Shown in pieces: positions 24,349 through 32,000 of a stretch of 32,000 bases of DNA. Position 1 is the stretch's first letter. Every line of letters begins with the position of its first letter. A program made the translations under genes and the position numbers. Under the pieces are notes generated by a model. The model made no database searches and was not told where the DNA came from. It worked only from the letters and a program-made list of their open reading frames with translations. This DNA comes from Candidatus Saccharimonadota bacterium (GTDB lineage Archaea > Nanohalarchaeota > Nanosalinia > Nanosalinales > Nanosalinaceae), in contig NZ_CP180230.1 in NCBI RefSeq assembly GCF_047555085.1, positions 810,001 to 842,000 of the forward strand, in the 5' to 3' direction.

Positions 24349-24831
24349 ATGTCAGAGACACGTGAAGTTGTAAGGATTGCAAGAACCGGTATCGATGGAA
24401 ATAAACCTGTCGAGAAGGCCTTGACTGGTCTTAAAGGTATTGGTGAGATGTATGCCAATGCTGTGGCTGAGTCAATGGATTTAAAGAATACTATAATCGG
24501 AGGCCTCTCTGATGAGGAGATCGACGAGATTGAAGAGGCCATCAAGAATCCTGATGATCTTGAGCTTCCTAGCTGGATCAGAAACAGGAGAAAGGACAGG
24601 GATACCGGAGAGAATCTTCACTTGATTGAATCTGATCTTGAGCTGAAGAAGGAGTTCGATATCAGACGTCTCAAAGATATCGATTCATACAAGGGTTGGA
24701 GACACGATATCGGTCTACCGGTTCGTGGACAGAAGACACAGTCTTCATTCAGAAGTGGAAGCAAGATCGGTGTTTCACGTGCAAGACTTCAGGAAGAAGC
24801 CTCTTCAGGCGGAGACGGCGAAGAGGAATAG
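24349..24831 (+). CDS. rps13: Ribosomal protein S13 (uS13)
   Basis: VRIARTGIDGNKPVEKALTGLKGIG...YKGWRHDIGLPVRGQKT. The track starts at GTG 24334. I prefer ATG 24349 because of the TATA position. Confidence 0.9.
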   Translation: MSETREVVRIARTGIDGNKPVEKALTGLKGIGEMYANAVAESMDLKNTIIGGLSDEEIDEIEEAIKNPDDLELPSWIRNRRKDRDTGENLHLIESDLELKKEFDIRRLKDIDSYKGWRHDIGLPVRGQKTQSSFRSGSKIGVSRARLQEEASSGGDGEEE

Positions 24832-24846
24832 AGGTGACACAATAAA

Positions 24847-25392
24847 ATGGTAAAGAAGCTTAAGAAACAGTACGAAACTCCCTCAGAAGCATGGGATGAA
24901 GAAAGGATTGAAAAAGAGAAGGAATTAATCGAAGAATTCGGACTTTCGAACAAGAGGGAAGTTTACAAGGCAGAAAGTGAATTGAGAGGCCTCAGAAGAC
25001 AGGCCAGGAAGGCTGTTGCTTCCGACAAGGAAGATCAGAAGAAGCCTCTACTTGATAAGGCTCACAGGCTTGGATTGATCAAGTCTGACGGCGAGATTGT
25101 TGACATCCTTTCACTTGAGACACGGGATATTCTGAACAGGAGACTTCAGTCTGCTGTTGAGAGAAAAGGATTTGCAGATACTCCAAAGCAGGCCCGTCAG
25201 CGTGTTGTACACGGGCATATCTACTTGAACGGTGAAAGAGTTACTGTTCCTGGCTACCTGTTGACTCAGGAAGAGGAGAAGAATCTTGAGCTTCAGATGC
25301 CGGAGCAGGAAGATGAAGAAGAGGCCTCTGAGGAAGCAGAGGAAACTGAAAATTCAGAAGAAGTTGAAGAAGAATCAGAGGAGGAAGAATAA
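24847..25392 (+). CDS. rps4: Ribosomal protein S4 (uS4) with poly-acidic C-terminal tail
   Basis: KKQYETPSEAWDEERIEKEKELIEEFGL.NKREVYKAES, and an S4 RNA-binding domain (LQSAVERKGFADTPKQARQRVVHGHIYLNGERVTVPGYL). GAGGTGA Shine-Dalgarno-like motif upstream. Confidence 0.9.
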   Translation: MVKKLKKQYETPSEAWDEERIEKEKELIEEFGLSNKREVYKAESELRGLRRQARKAVASDKEDQKKPLLDKAHRLGLIKSDGEIVDILSLETRDILNRRLQSAVERKGFADTPKQARQRVVHGHIYLNGERVTVPGYLLTQEEEKNLELQMPEQEDEEEASEEAEETENSEEVEEESEEEE

Positions 25393-25395
25393 TTT

Positions 25396-25779
25396 ATGAC
25401 TAAGAAAGGTATTGTTCACATCTACTCAAGTTTCAACAACACGATCGTACACATCACTGATGCTACCGGTGCAGAGACTTTCTCCCGGATTACATCAGGT
25501 ATGACAACTGACAAGGGCCGTCTTCAGGGAAGTGCTTTCCCTGCCATGAAGGCTGCTAAACAGGCAGTTGAAGAGGCCAAGGAGAAAGGTATCGAGAAGC
25601 TTGATATTCAGGTAAGAGGGCCTGGTGGTCAGAAGCAGAAGATGCCTGGTCGAGGAGCTCAGCCAGCTATCCGTGCTATCTCCAGAAGCGATCTGGAAGT
25701 TGGAAACATTGAGGATGTTACTCCTGTCCCTCACGATGGATGCCGTCCAAAAGGCGGTAAAAGAGGAAGGAGAGTATAA
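25396..25779 (+). CDS. rps11: Ribosomal protein S11 (uS11)
   Basis: [24 protein letters not shown] and a C-terminal [21 protein letters not shown]. Confidence 0.9.
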   Translation: MTKKGIVHIYSSFNNTIVHITDATGAETFSRITSGMTTDKGRLQGSAFPAMKAAKQAVEEAKEKGIEKLDIQVRGPGGQKQKMPGRGAQPAIRAISRSDLEVGNIEDVTPVPHDGCRPKGGKRGRRV

Positions 25780-25791
25780 GAGGGTTTCAGC

Positions 25792-26364
25792 ATGAACGTT
25801 GAAACAGTAGAGGAAAACGACGATGTTCTGAAGTTGAGAGTTGAAGGCGTAGATGAAGCAGTAGCTAATGCTCTACGCAGATCGATGATTACAAAGGTTC
25901 CAACTCTTGCAGTCAAACACCTTGAAGTTTCAAGGAATGATTCAGGCCTCTTCGACGAAGTAATCGCCAATAGGGTAGGACAGATTCCTTTCACAATACC
26001 AGAAAATGTTGAAGAAGACGACGAAGTTCACGTAGCTATTTCTCAGGAAGGTCCTGGGAAAGCTGTCGCAGGAGACATTCAGGCCGACAACGATGAAGCC
26101 GAGCCTGTTAATCCTGGCGCTGAGATAGTTAGCCTGAAGGAAGATCAGGCACTGGAGTTTGAAGGAGTAGCTGTACTTGGCCGGGGAGATGAACACGCCA
26201 AGCATCAAGGAGGAACAGTTGGATACGAGAAAGTTGAAGATGGTGAATACATCTTCCGAATCGAGTCCACTTCCGGCTACAGCAACACCGAACTCTTCAA
26301 CGAGGCAATCAATCAAGTTCAGAACGAGCTTGAAGAGTTTGAAGACTTCGTCTCAGATCTTTAA
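25792..26364 (+). CDS. rpoD: RNA polymerase subunit D (Rpo3), short 190-aa form
   Basis: LKLRVEGVDEAVANALRRSMITKVPTLAV, NDSGLFDEVIANRVGQIPF, GRGDEHAKHQ, FRIESTSGY. Conserved position after rps11. Confidence 0.85.
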   Translation: MNVETVEENDDVLKLRVEGVDEAVANALRRSMITKVPTLAVKHLEVSRNDSGLFDEVIANRVGQIPFTIPENVEEDDEVHVAISQEGPGKAVAGDIQADNDEAEPVNPGAEIVSLKEDQALEFEGVAVLGRGDEHAKHQGGTVGYEKVEDGEYIFRIESTSGYSNTELFNEAINQVQNELEEFEDFVSDL

Positions 26365-26612
26365 TTCTTATTTAACTCTTCCTTAATTCTCCTATAATTC
26401 TTATCTGCTTATAGGCCTTTTTCTACTACAGTACAGCATTTTGCACAGGCCTTGGTCGAAAAGACACATCCAGAAAGGGTATCGGATAGGTTTTATATAC
26501 AGGCCTTTCGAACAATTGTATAACAGGCTGGAAGCGTCAAATCTTACGGTGATTTTATCACTTGCATTTAGTGATTTTTGGCTTCCAGGATATCAATCGG
26601 TAATGGGTAAAC

Positions 26613-29600
26613 ATGTCGAGTAAGATAAGAAACAAGTCAAGAGAATTAGTTTTTCTGGCAGTTATTCTTCTAGTCGTACCTCTCTCGTTTGCAACTGTCA
26701 CACTTACCTCAGACACTATAATTGAACAGACAGGTAACGATGCTGAGATTGTTGTTCAGGAGGATTTCAATGTTTCACAGCTTTCAGTTTACGATAACGC
26801 CACCGAGTTCGGTCAGACAAATTTTTCTCTACCTCACACTGGTTCGAACTTGATCCAGGCCAATATGACAAAGTTCAACGGCAGCGTCAATGAAGGGGAG
26901 ATTTTGACAGATTTCAAGGCTAATGCTTCAAGTGGAGAAACACTTACTATAGATCTAGCTAACTTGACCAGAAGAATGTACTACAGAGTATACGTTGACG
27001 GGCTCGGATATGCTAACAGGTCCTCAGGCGATCAAGGAGATTATTCATACAGTTTGGATTATAACAGCAACGAGTTCAAGGATATATACATTAAGGCCGA
27101 AGCTCAGGACACTATCAGTCATTCTGCATCATTTACTGATGGATTGACATATTCTCCTAATACTTCAATGAACGTACTTGGTTCTGGACAGTACAAGATC
27201 TCGAATGACGCTGTTTCAGGAGCAAACGTTTCTATTTACAGAGATGGATCATTCATTGAGTCAGTTACAACAGATCAGAACGGAGAGTACAGTCCTAACC
27301 TTGTCAGTCCTAAGATTGCAGGTACACACAGCTACGATCTTAACATGTCTCAGCACCATCTTTTCGATAATGTGGATAGAGAGGTAACAGTTGACTCGCT
27401 ATTTATCGAAAATCCTAACGTAACTTCTCTCAACAGAGACAGCAGATACATTGATATCGATGAAGAAGCAGCTCTTAACATCTCTGCTAAAGTATATAGG
27501 AACAAGGAAAATCCTATAGATTCTGTAACATACACTATCCACGACGATCCTAGCAGCCCTCCAATAACTTCGACTTTTGAGAGCTGGGCTAGCTTGAAGA
27601 ACACAAGTGCAAAGACAGAGACGCAGACATGGTACAATACTACTCCTGCTCTATCCGACAAAGAAGGATTCGGAGATCTAGGAAACTACACTATCCGTTT
27701 CCGTGCAAGCTCAACTTTGAACGGAGAGACAATCAATATCGAAGATAATCCGGAGTTCAATATTACAATTCAAGACGTGGACATGAACTTGGAGCTTGAT
27801 GAGTCAAGCTACAGTACAAACAACGATGATTATGTCAACATATCAGGTAGAGTAATCAGACAGCCTGATGGCGAAGTTCTGAACAACACAGATGTCGATC
27901 TGCGTATATATGATAACGAAACAGGAGATAACTTCCAGGTAGCAACCGTAACAACAAATGAGACAGGACATTACTCATATGACTATAACTTTGTGGATGA
28001 AAACGGCGTAAGAAAAGTTGAAGCTACAGCAGAAGATTCTAAAGGAATTGGAGGTAACGAAAGCAAGATATTTACCGTAACTGAACTTTCTATAGACAGT
28101 ATAGAGTACTCTGACTCCTACGAACGCCACGAATACAATATAAGTGCTTTAGTAAGCGATTCACGCGGAATATCTAACCACGAATGTAGCCTTACAGTTT
28201 CTGATAGCTCAGGGAACTCAGTAGACTACAATATGAGCCTGGATAATAATACAGGAAACAGCAACACTGCATACTGTAGGCAGCCTTACATTAACTACGA
28301 GAACAGTTCCAACTGGAGTGCAACAGAGGATCTCACAGCCGAGATTAGAGTTGAAAACGGATCTACTTATGCAACATCAACCTCATCCAGAGCACTTCCA
28401 AATACAGATCCTCAGACAGGAAGCTTTACCGTAGATGAAATCGAGAAGAAATATGCAGCTGATGTGCAGGCAGTAGCAGAAGATCCTAACGAGGGATCAG
28501 ATGAGATAGAGGCCTGTACAGTATATTATTACAATGAGGCTGGAGAAGAGTACTCTGTAGAAGGCAATCTTGATACGTCCTACGGTGCTACTGATGAGGC
28601 CTCATGTAGTTACACTGTTGACTCTAGTCTTGAAGGCCTGAGTTCTGGTGAGAACGTGGATATCGCTGTATCCTTCATGGATAAGCATGGGGGAACAGGC
28701 ATGACTTCGAACAAGACTGCTACATTACAGGCCACACTCACATTCGAGGGAGATGTAAGAACTCTAAACGGATCTGCTCCTAGCACCACAATAGAGTTCT
28801 ACGATCCTGGTACAAGTAATGTTGTAACATCCCTCCAGGATGATAATGGCGACGTCACAGGTACTGTTGCCAAAGGAACGTACGATATGAATGTTATCAC
28901 AAAGTATGGAGAGGTAGAGTTCAATAGAGCTGAAATAACAAATGATACTAGCTTCCTGCTCGAGGTTGAGCCAAAGATTACAGAGCAGTACGATGATGGT
29001 ATTCCAGAGCAGTGGGCAAGAGAAGAGTCTCACATCGCTGTAAGTGATATTGATGTAGCATATGATAATGCCACAGTCCGTATGGATTACAGTGGCCTAG
29101 ACGAGGGATACATCGCACCTTGGACATGTAAGGAATGGAACGAGGATCCTAATTACAGGGCCTGTCAGGAAGAAACATTCCCATACGATCAGCTTGAGTA
29201 CAGTCCTGCAGATAACTATGATCTGGACACAGGGAACAACATGGTTGAGATAGGTACAAGCAACTCTGAAGGAGCATACGTACTTGCCTCAAACAGAGGA
29301 TGGAGAACAGACTGGTTCTGGAGAAAGGAAATAACCATCGAGGGAGGACAGAAGGATCTTGAGAATTACCAGGTCAAGATCAGTGTAAACACCAAGGAAT
29401 ACATACTGAACGAGAATCTTGACAGCTCCTGCAACAACCTGAGGTTCTACAACACAGATCAGACAAAGCAGGTGGATTACTGGATGGAACCTGGCACATG
29501 CAACACACAGAATACAGTATTCTGGGTTGAGATGCCTTACATCCCAGCCAATTCAGACAGAACAATCTTCATGTATTACGAGCGAGATAAAGATCTTGCA

Positions 29601-32000
29601 TCAGCAAGCTCCGGAGAAGAGACATTCCTGGCCTTCGATGAGTTCGATACAAACAGCAGTTCAAACTATGAGACAGCAGGACTTACACGTATAGAAGATG
29701 ATAGACTAAGAGTAAGATCTCAGGACGGAGAAGAGGCCTCTGTAAGATACACAGACAAGAACTTTGAATCACCTTACAGAACTCATTCAAGAGTTAGAGC
29801 TGATGGAAGCAGCGATAGAGCAACTGTCTCAACATACCTAGACTCTGCAGATGCTGTATCATACAACATAAATGAAGGCCTGTTCAAGGAATCCTTCACT
29901 GATGCTTCCAGCTCCCACACTATAGATACAAGCGACTGGATTGATGTAACTCAGACAGTTACATCCGGAGAACAGACAGTGAATGTTGAACCTGCTGGAG
30001 AAAGCCTAAGCATCTCAGGCAATCTTTCATCAGGAAGCTACAGTCCATTCGGCGCAAGCATCAATGATAGTTCAGATACATTGAGCACTCTTGATGTTGA
30101 AAGATGGTTCACTACAAAGTATGCTAGCTCAGAGCCTACGGTAAGAAGTATCAATACTGAGAAACTATGGGAACTATCCCTGAACGGATCAAGCAGGGAT
30201 GTAAACGTTCCTCTTGACTCTGTTGTAAATATTGAGCTAAACTCAAGCGATTACAAGTCACCAGTAATCATCTACAAGAATGATTCAGTCATCGCTGAGT
30301 CTGATGGTGGTGTAGAGGGAATATTCTACAGAGAAAGTAATCTAAACGAGAGAGCATCCTATCCTATCAGAGCTGAGATCGATGAGTTCAACGAAACAAT
30401 TATCTACGATATTACAGTTGGACAGGACGACCTATCACCTAATGTATCCCTTCAGAACCAGGAACGAATAGGCACCAACAAGATGAACTTCAGCTATGAG
30501 GTTAAAGATAACTATCAGGGTTCCGTAGAGTGTTCACTGGCCATTGATGGAGATGTTAAGGCCCAGTCCCGTGTAGATCTGGATCTAGATAAGACATGGT
30601 ACAGTAGTTCATTCTATACTGAAGATGCTCCTCATGGTGCAAACAGTTACAATATCAGCTGTACAGATAACTCAAACAATACAGCAAGCTACATCGGGCA
30701 GTACGATCAGGATTTCAAGGCCCCTGAAATAGAGTTCACCAATCTTGAAGATGGACAGGATATATGGCAGTACAAGCCTCAGGTCAAGCTGAATATTGTG
30801 GATACTCACAGCGAGGAAATTGACTACAATGTATACTACGCATATGACGAAGACATGAACACAGCTAACACAACTAGTAACAACACTGTGGAGACAGTAA
30901 GGTTGCCAACTACCACTCGCTGGGGACTGGTAGACTTTGTAGTAGAGGCTGAAGACGACAAGAATCAGTCCAGAACAAAGTCAATTACTGTAGATCTCAA
31001 CGAGCCTTACGTTGATCTAATCAGTCCTGCAGAAGGGAACGATGAAAAGCGAGTACAGCACAATCCTAGCGAGCCAGGTAACAGAGAAGTACTACCAGAA
31101 ACCAGAGTTCAGAGACAGGATCCAAATGTTGTATTTGAGTTCAATTACACGGATCAGATACAGGACTCCACACAGTGTAGACTAATGGTTGACGGAACAG
31201 AGAAGGCAAATGGAACATACGCAACAAATACACCAGGAACATTCGATGTAACACTTGATCAGGGAATAAATCAGGAAGCTCACGTTGAATGTGAGAACGA
31301 AGTAGGCAACTACATCTCAAGCACCACAAGACATCTAGATATTGATTCAAATGATCCTTCAGTTGAAGCCGTAATATTTGAACAGGGCAACAACACCGCA
31401 TACACAGAGACAAAGGAGCATGAAGTCGATATAAGAATCTCCGATAATCTCATGGCTCCTGCGACATCACAGTCATTCTCAGGGAGAAGCAGATATGGTT
31501 CCTGTAATAAGGGCACAAGTACAGAACAGTATCCATTCCTTGAGATAAACGGCACTGACAACGCAATTAGTATGAGCCATAACTTTGACGGAGCAACAAA
31601 GAACGAGACTGTCCAGTTAGAAAGAGAAAGTTATGTATACGGTATAGCATCACTCCCTACACTTTTCAGCGGATGTAGCTACAACACCGCTACAGAACCT
31701 CTTGACTATGTTACAGAGAACTTCGGAAATCTCGGTGCTGGAGAGTACAACTTTGAGATGTGGGTACAGGATGAAACGGGTAACAGCATCAGCACAAAAC
31801 AGTATACTTACACAGTAGCTAAAGGAGATCCTGGAATATCTCTGTCCTCAGATAATGATAGAGCAAGCAACAATGAGATTATCAGAGACTCAAGCCCTGA
31901 GATCAGATGTTCAGCCTCTACAGATCAAGTAAGCACCACACTACTGAGAAACGGTCTTGAAGTAGACTCAGCGACAAACGGCGAGGATGTCCTTCAAGAC
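26613..32000 (+). CDS. 5' part (1796 codons, open at the window end) of a giant secreted or anchored surface protein with beta-sandwich modules and a DUF2341 plus jelly-roll core
   Basis: An in-frame TAA at 26601-26603 is followed by ATG 26613, the first possible start. I translated the frame by hand through 32000 and found no stop. The N-terminus MSSKIRNKSRELVFLAVILLVVPLSFA looks like a signal peptide or anchor. It is not in the supplied track because no stop occurs in the window. The other five frames here carry only short ORFs. Confidence 0.88.
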   Translation, partial: MSSKIRNKSRELVFLAVILLVVPLSFATVTLTSDTIIEQTGNDAEIVVQEDFNVSQLSVYDNATEFGQTNFSLPHTGSNLIQANMTKFNGSVNEGEILTDFKANASSGETLTIDLANLTRRMYYRVYVDGLGYANRSSGDQGDYSYSLDYNSNEFKDIYIKAEAQDTISHSASFTDGLTYSPNTSMNVLGSGQYKISNDAVSGANVSIYRDGSFIESVTTDQNGEYSPNLVSPKIAGTHSYDLNMSQHHLFDNVDREVTVDSLFIENPNVTSLNRDSRYIDIDEEAALNISAKVYRNKENPIDSVTYTIHDDPSSPPITSTFESWASLKNTSAKTETQTWYNTTPALSDKEGFGDLGNYTIRFRASSTLNGETINIEDNPEFNITIQDVDMNLELDESSYSTNNDDYVNISGRVIRQPDGEVLNNTDVDLRIYDNETGDNFQVATVTTNETGHYSYDYNFVDENGVRKVEATAEDSKGIGGNESKIFTVTELSIDSIEYSDSYERHEYNISALVSDSRGISNHECSLTVSDSSGNSVDYNMSLDNNTGNSNTAYCRQPYINYENSSNWSATEDLTAEIRVENGSTYATSTSSRALPNTDPQTGSFTVDEIEKKYAADVQAVAEDPNEGSDEIEACTVYYYNEAGEEYSVEGNLDTSYGATDEASCSYTVDSSLEGLSSGENVDIAVSFMDKHGGTGMTSNKTATLQATLTFEGDVRTLNGSAPSTTIEFYDPGTSNVVTSLQDDNGDVTGTVAKGTYDMNVITKYGEVEFNRAEITNDTSFLLEVEPKITEQYDDGIPEQWAREESHIAVSDIDVAYDNATVRMDYSGLDEGYIAPWTCKEWNEDPNYRACQEETFPYDQLEYSPADNYDLDTGNNMVEIGTSNSEGAYVLASNRGWRTDWFWRKEITIEGGQKDLENYQVKISVNTKEYILNENLDSSCNNLRFYNTDQTKQVDYWMEPGTCNTQNTVFWVEMPYIPANSDRTIFMYYERDKDLASASSGEETFLAFDEFDTNSSSNYETAGLTRIEDDRLRVRSQDGEEASVRYTDKNFESPYRTHSRVRADGSSDRATVSTYLDSADAVSYNINEGLFKESFTDASSSHTIDTSDWIDVTQTVTSGEQTVNVEPAGESLSISGNLSSGSYSPFGASINDSSDTLSTLDVERWFTTKYASSEPTVRSINTEKLWELSLNGSSRDVNVPLDSVVNIELNSSDYKSPVIIYKNDSVIAESDGGVEGIFYRESNLNERASYPIRAEIDEFNETIIYDITVGQDDLSPNVSLQNQERIGTNKMNFSYEVKDNYQGSVECSLAIDGDVKAQSRVDLDLDKTWYSSSFYTEDAPHGANSYNISCTDNSNNTASYIGQYDQDFKAPEIEFTNLEDGQDIWQYKPQVKLNIVDTHSEEIDYNVYYAYDEDMNTANTTSNNTVETVRLPTTTRWGLVDFVVEAEDDKNQSRTKSITVDLNEPYVDLISPAEGNDEKRVQHNPSEPGNREVLPETRVQRQDPNVVFEFNYTDQIQDSTQCRLMVDGTEKANGTYATNTPGTFDVTLDQGINQEAHVECENEVGNYISSTTRHLDIDSNDPSVEAVIFEQGNNTAYTETKEHEVDIRISDNLMAPATSQSFSGRSRYGSCNKGTSTEQYPFLEINGTDNAISMSHNFDGATKNETVQLERESYVYGIASLPTLFSGCSYNTATEPLDYVTENFGNLGAGEYNFEMWVQDETGNSISTKQYTYTVAKGDPGISLSSDNDRASNNEIIRDSSPEIRCSASTDQVSTTLLRNGLEVDSATNGEDVLQD

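Noticed and set aside
26441-26623. 60-aa plus-strand ORF in the spacer before the giant gene (MHRPWSKRHIQKGYRIGFIYRPF...)
   Set aside because: It is basic and aromatic-rich, unlike the acidic proteome here. It overlaps the giant ORF start in another frame and has no recognisable motif. It is probably a chance ORF in a regulatory spacer.
27350-31561. Five minus-strand ORFs (27350-27661, 28764-29033, 29380-29565, 31141-31413, 31310-31561) and one plus-strand ORF (27178-27387) listed in the track
   Set aside because: All are short, Cys/Leu/Ser-rich shadow frames lying inside the continuous 1796-codon frame. None has a plausible protein signature.

Overview
This window looks like compact archaeal core genome. 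The proteins are strongly acidic, which suggests a salt-in halophile, and several are short. Together with the low-to-mid GC content, this fits a Nanohaloarchaeota/DPANN-like lineage; that assignment is inference. Almost every gene is recognisable:
- Transcription and translation genes: the Rpo7 3' end, Spt4, S24e, S27ae, S15, S3Ae, aEF-1alpha, S10 and the S13-S4-S11-RpoD cluster.
- The t6A genes Kae1, Sua5 and Bud32.
- Four CPA2 cation/proton antiporters, three of them tandem Kef-like paralogs.
- An msrB-methyltransferase-hypothetical-msrA operon.
- A membrane-anchored SNase-type nuclease, a Nudix hydrolase, an HD hydrolase, a RecJ-like DHH protein, a cupredoxin lipoprotein, a CaCA exchanger and a parvulin.
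- Four tRNAs: Lys-CUU, Ser-UGA, Gln-CUG and Gln-UUG.

Two things stand out.
1. From 26613 to the window end there is one uninterrupted reading frame of 1796 codons with no stop. It is missing from the supplied ORF track because it never terminates in the window. It encodes the N-terminal part of a giant secreted or anchored protein rich in N-x-S/T sequons, with beta-sandwich modules and a clear DUF2341 plus jelly-roll core. It sits where the conserved L18e-L13-S9 genes normally follow rpoD.
2. The palindrome AGGCCT occurs roughly 110 times by hand count, against about 8 expected for any hexamer in 32 kb. It occurs in all three codon phases and in spacers. It is absent from tuf and from an AT-rich block beside tRNA-Lys, and is much sparser in the giant ORF.

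Smaller oddities: partial duplications of tRNA-Ser and tRNA-Gln ends, perfectly identical nucleotide tracts between otherwise diverged Kef paralogs, and domain-level peculiarities in S24e, Spt4 and RpoD. I saw no CRISPR array, transposase, integrase or rRNA.
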